NCBI RefSeq assembly: GCF_025526975.1
Contig: NW_026515671.1
Span: 496,001 to 560,000, forward strand
Source: Fimicolochytrium jonesii
Taxonomy: Eukaryota
Length of the DNA: 64,000 bases
Reading direction: 5' to 3'
This document shows, in pieces, positions 20,547 through 33,117 of the stretch. Position numbers and translations under genes: made by a program. Within the stretch, counting starts at the first letter, position 1. Each line of letters begins with the position of its first letter. A model generated the notes under the pieces. It did no database searches and was not told the DNA's origin. It saw only the letters and a program-made list of their open reading frames with translations.

Positions 20547-22514
20547 CTATCCCCCAGGATTTGGTTGATTGGCATATGGAACAGGGTATCCTTGACTCAT
20601 AGTCCAAAGCAGGTTTCCCAAACTGTTTCCGTGGTGAGCATTCCGGACGGGGTGTTCTTGACTGTGTCCCTGCTGCGCATCCGAGGCGAAGCTTCCCCAA
20701 TCGCTTCCTTGGTTCGGTCCCGGAGCAGGTCGCGCCCGACCGTTTGCCTGGTTAGAAATGGGGGCCAGGCGTTCCCAACCGCTTCCATGGTGACTGTTCG
20801 GGGCAGCGTGTTCTCGACGTCGTTCCTGATTGCCATTCGGCGCCGGGCGGTTCCTCTGATTGCCATTTGGCACCGGATGATTTGGTTTAGGGACCGCATG
20901 GTTGGCCTGACTCGCATTCACCTTCGGCATAGGGCGGTTTGACTGCTTGGCATTCGGCATCGGGCTGTTTGTTCCCTGATCCGGATTCGGGACCGGGCAG
21001 TTTGACTGATTGGCATTGGGTACCGGGCGACTGCCGTGCTCCGCACTCGGCACCGAGGGGTTTAGTTGATTGGCTTTCGAGGCCGCCCGTTGCTTCAAGT
21101 AATGCATTCCTTTCTTCGATAGCTGGATATCCGGGATGCTACACTTCTTCGACGCTGCAGCGTGCTCATATATAGAATCGAAATTAGCTCCAGCTTTGAT
21201 GCAAAACCCGCATGCACAAGACCACATAGGACGGGTCCTGCTCTTCTCTATGGCGTCGGGTCCGCCAATCTTTGACATATGTGCTCGTACTTCGAACTGC
21301 CGTTTCGCTTCGAGCTCGGTTCTGGTTTGCTGCGCATAGTGAATGTACTCTTCTTCATCTTCCGCTTTGCATACTTTGTACAGCCGGTGAGCAACCAGGA
21401 GCGGTCTGAGGTCCTTGTCGTCTGAAGGTGTGCGGATCGCGGTTTGTAACCACTTTTTCTGCCGCTTCTCCTTCTCTTTTCGCGCAGCAAGATCGCTGAG
21501 AAGCTCCTTCGCGCGCTCTGCATCTACGAATTCTGCCACGCTGTCGCAGATGTTCGTGAAAGCCTTATCCCCAATGTGATCGCTCCCTCCAAGGTCGCAC
21601 ATGTGACCTCCCATGTGCGCCCAGATGAGTTTCTTTCGATTCTGCACCAGTTCAGGCTCCATGTCGCGCAAGAGTTGGTTCTGCACAGATTTCGTGAAGA
21701 GCGTGGACTTGCCGTTTATTTCTTTAACGCAGTCGAACCAGGGGAAGGTATGCGGATGCAGGTATGGGTATTTCGATTGTAGAAAGGCCTTGATCTCAGC
21801 ACGACGGTCTTCCGCCTTATTCCACAGTCTGCGTCGTTCGGCCAACGCGAAATCACCTTTGCGATTCGCCATGACTTTCTTGAAATCCCGTACAGCTGCT
21901 TGTCGAGTCGCGAGTTCTACTTCCTCCTCCAAAGTAGGATGCCGTGAGGGGACCATGCATCGCAGGTAGGATCCCGACACACTCGGCAGTTTCCCATACC
22001 GCTTCTTGCCGCACCCTTCCTCTTCCAGCACAGTCCAATGAACGGTAAGCTCGTTAAAGCATGCTTCACAGAGTCGCACTCCCCTCCATCCCCACTGCGG
22101 CGTCCGCACGCGCGGGCTTTTCGGACAGCGATGACAGCCCCGGCCGTGGTAGCTCTCCAGCATGTTGTAGTCGGAGATTCCCGCGATGGCGGGGTCCGGC
22201 CAGTCGAATCGGACACGCAATCGTCGCCATATCATCTGGCCTATTCGCTGTGTCGGGTGTAGAATACTGTGTGCGGCTTTACACGTCTTCATGAAAAAGA
22301 GCGCGTGTTCTACCTCCTGCACGTTCGACAAGATCTCTACCCATACTTCTGCAGGGAAGCTGAGGAAGGACACGGCGAGATTCTCACGGGCGGCGGCAAT
22401 CGCGGATGCCGTGCCATGATGATGCTTCAATCGGCGCGTGGGTGGGCTACGGACGGCGGAGATATCGAGGATGGGCTCTTCCCCCTCCAGAAGCGGCGCT
22501 GAGGAGGCCAGCAT
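20547..22514 (-). CDS. F-box protein with a CxxC...CxxC zinc-binding-like segment and C-terminal N/P/Q-rich repeats
   Basis: FLSFPAEVWVEILSNV...FMKTCK F-box pattern; CHRC...LCEAC; repeats of NQSNRPMPN type. Confidence 0.75.
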   Translation of the reverse strand: MLASSAPLLEGEEPILDISAVRSPPTRRLKHHHGTASAIAAARENLAVSFLSFPAEVWVEILSNVQEVEHALFFMKTCKAAHSILHPTQRIGQMIWRRLRVRFDWPDPAIAGISDYNMLESYHGRGCHRCPKSPRVRTPQWGWRGVRLCEACFNELTVHWTVLEEEGCGKKRYGKLPSVSGSYLRCMVPSRHPTLEEEVELATRQAAVRDFKKVMANRKGDFALAERRRLWNKAEDRRAEIKAFLQSKYPYLHPHTFPWFDCVKEINGKSTLFTKSVQNQLLRDMEPELVQNRKKLIWAHMGGHMCDLGGSDHIGDKAFTNICDSVAEFVDAERAKELLSDLAARKEKEKRQKKWLQTAIRTPSDDKDLRPLLVAHRLYKVCKAEDEEEYIHYAQQTRTELEAKRQFEVRAHMSKIGGPDAIEKSRTRPMWSCACGFCIKAGANFDSIYEHAAASKKCSIPDIQLSKKGMHYLKQRAASKANQLNPSVPSAEHGSRPVPNANQSNCPVPNPDQGTNSPMPNAKQSNRPMPKVNASQANHAVPKPNHPVPNGNQRNRPAPNGNQERRREHAAPNSHHGSGWERLAPISNQANGRARPAPGPNQGSDWGSFASDAQQGHSQEHPVRNAHHGNSLGNLLWTMSQGYPVPYANQPNPGG

Positions 22515-22650
22515 TGTGGAAGTGGGAATCGGCTTGTCTCGTCGCGTGGGAAGATGCAGCCGATTGCGGGCTCAGCCGATGAGAGCTATATCGAAGCGAC
22601 CAAGAACTGTACGTAAATGAGTCACGTGCTGTCTGTCTTTGCAAACGCGT

Positions 22651-23180
22651 TCATGCGTCGAGTGGCAGGCGTGTCCGGTTTGAGAGTTCATCAACGGCGT
22701 ACATACATACAGTAAGGTGTGGTGTGGCGGGCAAAGCGAGCACTGCTTGCAGGACGTGGGATAGGATTCTCTTTTGATCAACTCGGCGGCGCTGAACATA
22801 CTTGTCCTCGCTTATGGGATGCACCGTAGATTCTCCGTTGAGATGAGTGTCTGTCGGACGGAAATCAATCCGATGCGGTGATGTACCTTTTTCCTGTAGG
22901 AAGAGCGTGAGGAATGGATATTGTGAAACTGTGATCCACCCGGCGGCGTGAGAATGTCGCCATTGGCGGTTAATCAGAAAGCGCGGTTCTACAGGGACGG
23001 GTTTTGTTGAAGGCCGGCTTGTCTTACTAGTCGCATAGAAGATGTATTCGGGGAGGGAAACTGTCCCGAAGGCGCTAATTGCGGCATATGCTGGATTGGT
23101 TTCCGGCAGATCCGGTGTCGAACAAACGTCGCGATGGGCCGGGCGGACTCTGCACAGGTCGTACACATCCAAGGACATCG
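22651..23180 (-). CDS. Possible small hypothetical protein or gene relic
   Basis: Open frame with globular-looking composition from MSLDVYDLCRV; start approximate; no family recognised. Confidence 0.3.
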
Positions 23181-24275
23181 AAACCTTTTTCGTGCATCGC
23201 CCGTGGCGGCAATTCGATCTTGTAGCGATTGACGCATCACGAATCTCTTGCGACGAATGACGGTGATTCGGAGGCCCGCCTCCTACTCGCCTCCTCACGT
23301 TCATGCCCTAGTAGCATAGTCGTAGCAGCGACATGGGCCGCGCTAATGCAACTACCCCGCATAAAGCATTGTCTCCGTTCCATTTTGGAACGAGAGCCCA
23401 GGAGCGGCAGACGTCGTCCAGGACTTCGTTGATGTGAGGGTGCAGCTTTGAGCTGTATGCAGCCGTATAAGGATCTGATTGCGAGATACCTCTGACAAGT
23501 GTATACTGTTCTCACTTTGCTGGCCGTGGGGAAAAGCCCCACACGCCGAAAACTTACTGTAAAAGCCTCGGACGATGTCACAGCCACAGCTCAACTGACC
23601 TCTCAGGCCGACCCGTGCTGCGCCACCCAACCGTTCCACGCGTTACCGTAAGGCACAATTAGGGAAATTAAAGCCGTTTCCTAAAAAAACCCTCTTTTTC
23701 GAGCAGCCATACCATCCCACAGACATGCAGGACGACCTATTCCCTTTGCATACAGCTCCAGTTAGCTACTTCGGCCAATCCCCTCCAAGTGTCTGTGGGG
23801 GTAGCTGCTGCAACAAACTTAACACAGAGGCCCAAAGGTCTGAGTAGTAAATCTGTCGTTCCTTGGCCGTTTTTGAGTAAAACTTGCCAGTTGGAGGTGT
23901 CAAACGCTGAAACAGTGCCTTCTTCACAAAACTGCGTAATCAATCTTTTTGCTAGCATGTCTGGCTGTCAAGATGTTGCTCAACATGTTGCAGCAACTTT
24001 GGGTCTGCGAAAACCTCGTTAAGTCCAAAAGTCGTCAAAAAGCTGTCAGTGGCGCAGCACGGGTGGACCTGAGACTGACCTGTACCCTGACCTATACCCC
24101 ACAAGCAGTTCACATTCCGACGATCAGCATCTCCACCATACCTACCACACCAGGTAACTTTAAGGAGCCGTTGGCTAGATATAGATAGATTTCCTCTCCG
24201 AATATAATTGGCAGGGTCGCCCGACACCGTTGTCTAAGAGAAGGACATCTCACACTTCGCCCTTCTCGCAGGTGA

Positions 24276-25897
24276 ATGCTGAAAGCTCTCATAACCGCTT
24301 TCTCTCCTCGGCTCACAACACTTGTGAGGACTACCAACCCATCTGCAGCCATGACCACCGCATCCGTCAACCCCTCCCGCAGGTCCTATGCCCCTCTGGC
24401 GCGTGAGAACCGCCAAAAGGTTCTGAAGCATCTAGAGCAAGCCGGCATCACGTCCGGCGTCCTGTATCTCACCGGCATGAAGACCGAGGAGCGCAAGTGG
24501 ACCGACTGCGAAGTGCCGTTCAGACAGGAGAGCAACTTCTTCTATCTCACCGGCGTCACTGAGCCTGACTGCCACCTTGTCATCGACGTGGCCTCGCAAG
24601 ATGCCCACGTGTTTATCCCCAAGTTCTCCGAGGACCACGCTTTGTGGATGGGACCGCCCCCAACGGAGACTTTCATCAAGGAGCGCTACGGTGTGCAGCA
24701 CTGTGACGTCGTTGACAACATCGTGAAGACTCTGGAGAGCCTGAAGGCTAGTAAGGTTCATATACTCGAGCAGGAGAAGGATTTGGCAGCCATTGGTGCG
24801 TTCAAAGACAAGATTGATTCCTCCGCTTTGAGCACTGCCGTCACCGAAGCGCGCATGATCAAGTCCAAGGGCGAGATCGAGCTGATGAGGAGAGCAGCCA
24901 AGATCAGTGGGTGCGTGCATGGTTGTCTGGGATCGTATATGTCTGGATCATACCATGGTATTAACCCACATGTTTCATCGCAGAGATGCCCACATTGCTT
25001 TGATGAAAGCAGCAAAGCCTGGAAAGGACACGGAACGCCAATTGCAGGCGCTTTTCGAATACGAATGTTTCCGCAACGAGTGAGTAGATTTTTGATGCCT
25101 ACGAATATAGGCGATGCGGGGCTCCTAGATCTCATAGCGTCTGTTCTACTTTCAGCGGACGATACCAGGCATACACCCCCATCGTTGCATCCGGAAGGAA
25201 CGGATCCGTGCTCCACTACATCGACAACACCGACCCGATCGCCCAAGACAAACGTGACCTCCTGCTAGTCGACGCCGGATGCGAATACGAATGCTACGCC
25301 GCCGACATCACCCGCACTTTCCCAATCGGCGGCAAATTCGAAGGCGATTGGAAAACAACCTACGAGATCGTCCTGAGCATGCAGAACGCCGTCCTGGCAG
25401 CCATCAAGCCAGGCGTCGAGTGGGAGGACATGCACAAGCTCGCCAACCGCGTTGCCGCTGAAGGTCTTCTCAAGGCGGGGCTCATCAAGGGCGATTTGGA
25501 CACTTTGATTGCCAACCACATACCTGCCCTCTTCTTCCCGCACGGTCTAGGACACAGTATCGGCCTCGACGTCCACGACGTCGGCGGATACCCCAAAGGC
25601 GTCCCGCGTCTAACTGACCCTGGGCTCAAGTACCTCCGTATGCGGCGTACATTGAAGCCCGGTATGGCCGTGACTGTTGAGCCTGGGATCTACTTTGTCG
25701 ACGCGATTTTGGACAAGGCGCTTGCGGACTCCAACGTCACTCAGTACTTGGATGTTGAGGTTGTTAAAAGGTTCCGCAAGACGGTGGGTGGTGTCAGGAT
25801 AGAGGACGATGTGGTTGTTACTGAGACGGGCGTAGACAACTTGACTGGGTGGGTTCCGAAGGAGGTTGCGGATATTGAGAAGGTTATGAGTGCGTAG
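24276..25897 (+). CDS. Xaa-Pro dipeptidase (prolidase, peptidase M24B); introns about 24911-24983 and 25080-25156
   Basis: FRQESNFFYLTGVTEPD; LLVDAGCEYECYAADITRTFP; HGLGHSIGLDVHDVGG; TVEPGIYF; GGVRIEDD. Confidence 0.95.
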
Positions 25898-26465
25898 GCA
25901 GTCACTTTGTAGGATGCATGTAGTTGTTCCTTTTATGTGTTTTATCCACCTCACTCTGCATTCCGGCGTAGTCCGTCCACAATCTCTACTGGTCTTGACT
26001 TTCCCCAATATTAGCCGTACATTTTTGACTGCGGTCAGTATGCTTCTTTGAACAGCAGAACATCACCGTGCTAGGATATGAGCGAAACGGGGTCGAGAAC
26101 AAGGTTAGCCTTAGTTCCACCCGTCGGAGCCGGACATTTTGAGCTGTACAGGGGTAGCCCCTGGAGAAATCTTCGAAGAACTTGGGATAATCCCGCTTCT
26201 CGACCTCAGCCCTATCATTCTGGATGCAAAAAGTCACTTGCTTGGAGATATCTGTTTGTAAATCGGGCGTCAAATGCGAAGGTGACCTGGAAGCTTCAAG
26301 CAACGCAACCGACGCACATGACCTGTCAAAATACGCTGGGACGCGCCGTCGAAATCGGAATCACCGTTGTACGCCACACTTGAGGAACGCCAAAAACTTA
26401 CCGAGCTCAATCCTCAATTCGTAACGCATATCCAGCTCCCCACCAACAACGATCCATAAGCAGCA

Positions 26466-27792
26466 ATGTCCCAATCCTACCCACCCGTCCTCCCAACCAA
26501 CCTCATCGGCCGCACGCACCCACCACCACCCACCACCGCGCCCGTCGCACAAACCGGCCCCAGAATAACACCCTCCGGCCGCCCCTTTTACACCCGCAAC
26601 ACCCTTCCACCCCTTCTGTCCCAACGCTACCAACGCTCACAACAACTTCGCGCAGGCCGACGCGATCGCACGCCCGGCGGGAGTGCGGGTGGCGGTGGTG
26701 GGGATGCGGACGATGGAGCGTCAGACGAGGGTGGCGCGGGAAACGGCGGCGGGGTCGGGGGTGGGAATGATATGGCGGATGATGCCACCGTGCAGGGACT
26801 ACAACCGCCGAATGCGCGAAGAGGTGGGGGAAGAAATAGCACGATTCCTGCTGGGCTTGGTAGTGCGGGGCCGGTGGCGATGGATAGTGATGGCGGGCCC
26901 GGTATGGCTGGGATGAGACCGCGGAGCTCAAAGGGACGGATTGCTGCCGTGAGGCATGTTGCATTTGTGGGATATCATCGTGGAAATAGTATTGTACCTG
27001 GCGCGGATGGAATTGGCAATGGCAGCGGGGTGAGGAATGCGCGACGATGGACGCGGTTCGAACTTACGGGACTCAGCGAGCAGCCCAACAATATCAGTTC
27101 TCCTGGCAATAACCACAATGGAAGCGATGATGGAACTGGCGGCGGGGACCGTAGCAGCGACGGCGCGGGAGACGGCACCGGTGCAGCGGGCACATCCGCC
27201 CCCGAGATCGAAGTAGAGCCGTACAAGCCCTTCCCGCTGCAATCCAACTCAAGCTACTCACCAGCAGCCGTCTCCGAAACGAAACTGCACCGTCTCCCCC
27301 GCGTCGTCGCATCACGATACGCCGCGTACGCGCCCGCTGAGCCGGAAGTGCAGGCTACGATTGAGCGGAGCGCGAAACGGTCGCGGAGGAGAGAGATGAA
27401 GGCTGTGGAGGCGTTGAAGTGTGAGGTGAGGGAGGCGAGAAGGAAGTGGGGCGATCCAGAGGGGATGGAGAGGGAGGGGAGGGTGATGGCCGAGCGGGCA
27501 AGGGAGAGGATGAAGTGGAAGATTGAAAGGGCGTTGGGATTGAGAGTATGTATTGCCGCCTTTATTCCATGGATGGGAGGTTGTAAATTTTTGACACTTC
27601 CGGCGTGCCCATGTACAGGACGCCGAAGTGCAACTCCTAGTCGAAGGCCAACCCAGCGCCATCGACGCGATCCTGCTCAAACAACACCTGGCGCTCTGTC
27701 CGCGGCTCAAACTCGATATGCGGAAAGCGTACACGGAGGAAGACCGGGCCCGTGTGGATCGTATCGTCGCAGGATGGACGCGGTTTGATTAG
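26466..27792 (+). CDS. LKAAEAR-motif-like protein with a Gly-rich N-terminal region; intron 27546-27618
   Basis: The spliced C-terminus SRYAAY...MAERARERMK...LRDAEVQLLVEGQPSAIDAILLKQHL...EEDRARVDRIV resembles my recollection of LKAAEAR1 (AEARGRIR...RAEEI.LLI..Q.SA..AIRLE...ERRRVETIL). Confidence 0.6.
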
Positions 27793-28059
27793 TGACGGTT
27801 TTTCATGAACAAGAAAATCACAATGTCGGGTTGTATATATGGTCGATCAGCGTAGTCGTCGGGATTGATCTGCTGTTTCAGGTCTGCAAAGTTTGGCAGA
27901 GAAATACTGAATGTTGAGCAGTATCACGACGAGTTAACGCTTCGGAGTGCATGATGCCGTGAGCTTCTACTTTTGATATCAAGAAAACGATGCTACAGAC
28001 AGAAATGTCCTAGGCTATCTATCGCACGGCCGGTCCTAAAAGCCTTTCGCACATATGCC

Positions 28060-29138
28060 TTAAAGGTTGAGGGTCTTCAACCCCGCCTCGTCATATCTAG
28101 TACCCGCCACACCAATCTCCTTGGTGATGGCACGGATAGCGGCATCATCCTCTTTAGTTACCTTGACGTTCAAACTAGCCATGTTTTCCTCCAAGTTCGC
28201 CGCACGAGTCGTGCCCGGAATGGTGAAGAAGTTATCGCCCTGCTCAAGCACCCAGGCCAACACAAGCTGGGACGCTTTTACATTCTTGCGCTGGGCGATC
28301 TCCTCGATTTTTTCTACAAGTTTCAGGTTCTTCTTGAAGTTCTCCCCCTGGAACCGAGGGTTCTTACGGCGCCAATCGTCCTTATCCAAATCCTCCTCGG
28401 ACTTGAACCGACCCGTCAGGAACCCGCGGCCAAGTGGCGAGTACGCGACGATGGCAACACCGAGCTCCTTGCAAGCAGCAAGCAGACCGTTGGTCTCAAT
28501 GTCGAGCGTCCACGGCGAGTACTCAACTTGGACGGCAGCGATGGGATGCACGGCGTGGGCGCGGCGAAGCGTTTCGGCGCTGCATTCGGATAGGCCAATG
28601 TGTTTGATTTTGCCTTGCTTTACGAGCTCGGCTAAGGCTTTCATGGTGTCTTCGATGGGAGTGTTGGGATCCATGCGATGCATGTAGTACAGGTCAATGT
28701 GGTCCACTCCTAGGCGCTTCAGGGAGCTAGCACACGCCGTCTTGATGTATCTGCCAGGGATAGACGCGTCAACCTTTAGAAACGCTCTCACAACATCTAT
28801 GAAATGCTTCTTTCGCTCACTCACTCAGGCTTCCCATTGGGCTTCCCGTCTTTCTTGTCATGGATATCGAAACCAAATTTTGTGCACAAGAAGACCTTGT
28901 CGCGGTTGCCGGTGTCCTTGAAGTACTGTCCGAGGAGTTCCTCGTTTTGACCATATACGTCAGCAGAATCCCAGAAAGTACAACCCAGCTCGATGGCTTT
29001 GTTGAGGGTATCGATGGAGCCTTTCGAGTCAGCTTTCCCGTAGAAAGCACTCATGCCCATGCAGCCCAAGCCGAGAGGGTTGATTGAGGGGCCGTTCTTG
29101 CCGAGATGGTGGCGGAGGGTGTTGGAAGTGGCGCTCAT
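28060..29138 (-). CDS. Aldo-keto reductase; intron 28751-28824
   Basis: LGLGCMGMSAFYG, FWDSADVYG, FLCTKFG, SLKRLGVDHIDLYYMHR, IGLSECS, YSPLGRGFLTG, IPGTT. Confidence 0.95.
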
Positions 29139-29633
29139 CCTGCTGAAATGGAGAGGGATGGGTATGTGATGGATCTCCTTGAGGTTCAGGTGGTGAGGTG
29201 GGCGTTGCTGAGACGGGATCTGGTAGGATATGGATGCCCTGTACAGTACAGTATATACATTCAGTACAGTATCACATTCAGCTCCGAGATGGGGTACGTT
29301 GTGGAACGTGTGGTTATGATCCTTGCAGCATACGAAAATGACAGGTCGGCGGAGGCGGATCGTTGCGTTTCCCGCACCGCCGGATCATGAGCGTTACCGG
29401 GTTCCCATTTGCACAAGGGGTGCGCGCTAGTGGGGCCGCGCACTTGTGTGTTCCTGGGATCGGCAGGCGCGCGCACCAACCCAAAAACTCTGGGTTTTTC
29501 ACCACAGCTTTGCGAATTGCACTTGCAGGTTTCGTCAACTATCCAGCGGTTCATCCAGACTGGTCTAATTGTTCAGGACCGCCGTGGTGTTAACGACCTC
29601 AGCACAGGAAAGGGAGACCTACGCAGACTCGTA

Positions 29634-31866
29634 ATGGAGGAAATAGCAAATGCAGGGACATGGGAGTCGCTCAAACCCGCACTATCGGGCCCAATGTAAG
29701 TCTCAACTGCCTCACCAATTATTCAGTCTTCCGTCCCACGGGGTGCTTTGCGCATACTCGGACGCTTACTGGAACCCCAACCAGGCTCGACGCACTGCGG
29801 ACGCTCTCTTTCTCGCAAATGACGCCAGTGCAAGCTTCAACCGTGCCACTCTTCATGAAGAACAAGGACGTGGTGGTTGAAGCAGTCACTGGCTCAGGGA
29901 AGACTCTTGCCTTTGTTATACCCATTCTCGAAATGCTGTTGCGCCGCCATAGGGACGGACGCCCGCTGTTGAAGAATCAGATAGGAGCTCTGATTATATC
30001 GCCAACGAGAGAACTCGCGAGACAGATATTCGATGTGACAACAACATTTTTGGATGCCATCAACGCCGCTTCGGCCGCTGAAGCGGAGGCTGCAGAGGCT
30101 GATAGGGAAGGGGCAGAAGGGGCGGAAAACACAGCGTTGGAGGATGCAGAGCGGATAACACCGACCCTGAGGCATATGCTGTTCATCGGTGGGAATAACG
30201 TCCATGACGACGTGATCGAGTTCCAAAAACTAGGAGCACAGGTCGTCATTGGGACACCAGGGCGATTGGACGACTTGCTGAAGCGGGGAGCTCTATTCAA
30301 CACGAAAGAGCTGGAAGTCCTGGTGTTGGACGAAGCGGACAGATTGCTGGACATGGGATTCGAGCAGGTCCTCACTGCTATCATCCAACGACTCCCGAAA
30401 CAGCGAAGGACGGGGCTATTTTCCGCTACAATGTCCGATGCACTGAATCAGCTTGTCAGAGTCGGTTTAAGAAATCCCGTACGTGTGCAAGTCAAGGTGG
30501 AAAGCCTGAACAAGAAGGTCAAGGAGCAGGTCACACCAGCTTCTTTGGAAATTGGTTATGTTCTCTGCACACCGGAGCAAAAGATGGTGCAGTTGATCTG
30601 CTTTCTGCGGAACCAACGGCATAAGAAGTATATTGTCTACTTCTCAACCTGCGCATGCGTTGACTACTTTTTCAAGGTACGTCTGATTGCCAGTTCTCTC
30701 GGAAACTATCAGAACAGATCCCTAATACATGTCCGTTTTGCCAGATCCTCAGCAGTCTCTCGTACCTAAAAGACTTCACATTCTACTCCTTACACGGCAA
30801 GATGGACCCGAAACGCCGCGAGCTCGTCTACAAAAAGTTTACATCCGCTCCATCCTCCTCCGTCCTCGTCTGCACAGACGTCGCAGCCCGTGGGTTAGAC
30901 ATCCCAGACGTAGACTACGTTATCCAGTTCGATCCACCACAAGATCCCAAAGCGTTCGCCCATAGATGTGGACGTACTGCTCGGTTAGGAAGACAGGGCA
31001 AAGCCGTAGTGTTCCTCACACCCGAGGAAGACACCTACGTTGAGTTCCTCAAGATCCGCAAAGTCCCCATGATCGAGCTTCCCTTACAAATCGACGAACG
31101 ACCAGATGAACCAGGCATCACACCTTCCGGGAAACCATCCACGGTCAACCCCGTAATCAATCAGGAAACGGTCCTCCAATCCATTCAGAAGCTCAACACG
31201 AAAGATCGCGACGTCTTTGAGAAATCGACAAAGGCTTTCGTATCCTGGGTCCGCGCTTACAATGAACACCAGGCTTCTTATATCTTCCGCTTCAAAAACG
31301 TTGACATCGCCTCCGTCGCCCGCTCATACGGTCTTCTTCGTCTGCCTAAGATGCCGGAACTGAAAGACCGTAAGATCGAGTTCACACCCCTAGGCTCCGG
31401 CCCCGGCGCCAAGATCAACGTCGACGAGATAAAGTACAAAGACAAAGCGCGCGAAAAGCAGCGACTTGCGAAACTGGAAAAAGAGAAAAGCGAAGCGGCG
31501 ATCGCGAAAAAGCAGGCAGAGCTCGCGAGGACCAAAGCTAAGCGGAAGATAGCGGAAAAAGACGCGAGCTGGTCGCAGCATCGGGAGCTGAAGGAACGAA
31601 GGTTGGAGAGGAGGGAGAAGAGGGAGAAGAAACGGACGGCGGTTGCGAAGGCGAAGGCCGCGGGCACGTTTGTGGCCAAGAATGCGGATGGGAGTGTTGC
31701 GGATGGGGAGGTTGTTGCGACGACTGCGCCTGGGAAGCGGGCGAGGAAGGAGGATGATGCTGAGGCGATGTCGGATTCGGGGAGCGAGGGCGAGGATTGG
31801 AAGGAGATGAAGGTGGCTACGAAGAAGGCTAAGGTTTCCAAATCGATGTTTGGAGGATTGGATTGA
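29634..31866 (+). CDS. SPB4: DEAD-box rRNA helicase SPB4/DDX55; introns about 29696-29784 and 30677-30744
   Basis: MTPVQASTVPLF, VEAVTGSGKT, SPTRELA, DEADRLLDMGF, FSAT, TDVAARGLDIPDVD, HRCGRTAR, YGLLRLPKMPE. Confidence 0.93.
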
Positions 31867-32221
31867 AGGCCGATATCTCGATCTCCCTTCACAGGCGCAT
31901 CAATTAGTTTCAAGGCGTCGTTCTGTAGCTATTTGTACATAGTCCCTCGTGCATAGATTCAGTAACTTAATCCACGATACTTATCTACATACTCGCTGGC
32001 CAACCCCTTGCTCAGTTTTCCTCAATAGCTCCCATCTCTCAACATGCTACCTCACGATGCAGTTCCTGCACCACGCCGTTTCGTAGGTCGCATTCCGCCA
32101 CGATTTGTTTGGGCCTGTTGGAATTCTGCCCGCGTCATGCCCGCGTCTTCCACCGTCTTTCGCTCAAAACGTCGTTCTCTGTCCTCACCAAAACAATTCC
32201 TGACGACGATCTTCTCCTACA

Positions 32222-32821
32222 ATGGACGCATTGGCACCCTCATCAAACACACCCGTTGACCCAGTGGCAAGGCCAGGGAGTGCTACTCGCTCTCAAACGC
32301 AACAAGTTTCGCAACAGCAACGACAACCTTTGAGTGGCTCGCAGACGCAGACAGTCGAGCACACGGAACTGGCACCTCCACCTGTCATCACAGCAGGGAC
32401 ATTACACTTGCGCGGAGGGAACTTGACCGACAGAAAAGTGCAATGGGACGACGACGTGGTGGATAATGAGGGGCTAGGGAAGAAGAGCAGTAAAGGTATG
32501 CTTGTCTTCCACAAGGACCTGAATCTTTGGACTCTCCGCAATGCCTATCAACTGATATCCTATACTTCCCACCCGTTGCATAAAGTATGCTGCATATTCC
32601 GCAAGCCTCACAATCCAGACGACACATCTTCGGACTCTGAATCATCCTCCGGGTCAGAAGCAGATGATCCGAACGAACCAAACGCATATGAGAGGGAGCC
32701 AAAGTCTGTGAGAAAGCATCCGAAACGGAAAGGGAAGGCCAACTCGTACCACCATCATGAGCACGCGGAAGAGTGCAGCCATAACAACGGACCCTCTGGG
32801 AGTGGATCAATGCCGGTGTAG
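32222..32821 (+). CDS. YPI1: Type 1 protein phosphatase inhibitor-3 (YPI1/PPP1R11); intron 32496-32585
   Basis: RKVQWDDDVVDNEGLGKKSSK|VCCIFRKP and PNAYER motifs. Confidence 0.92.
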   Translation: MDALAPSSNTPVDPVARPGSATRSQTQQVSQQQRQPLSGSQTQTVEHTELAPPPVITAGTLHLRGGNLTDRKVQWDDDVVDNEGLGKKSSKGMLVFHKDLNLWTLRNAYQLISYTSHPLHKVCCIFRKPHNPDDTSSDSESSSGSEADDPNEPNAYEREPKSVRKHPKRKGKANSYHHHEHAEECSHNNGPSGSGSMPV

Positions 32822-33117
32822 ATGCAGGAAGGGCCGGACGAGTTAGGACTGACGCCGGGGCAATCAGCTTTATCCCCTGCACGCATCAGCTTAGAGGCGT
32901 TTGTCAACAAAGGTTCTCTTCCATTTTTGGCTTTTGGCCCCGCATTCAGTCAGGGTTAGCATTGTATCATAGACTGAAACATATCCATATGGACTCTCAA
33001 TATAATGTTCATGTGATGAAGTGAGGCGTCGTCAGCATTGAGGGGGTGCTGCTATTGCAGGGTACCCCAATTTCGCGCAAGTCACTTTCAGCTCCGCCTT
33101 CTATCTCTACGTCCTTT

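Noticed and set aside
23737..24227. Adjacent short minus-strand ORFs that might be a frameshifted relic
   Set aside because: No family motif recognised; evidence insufficient.
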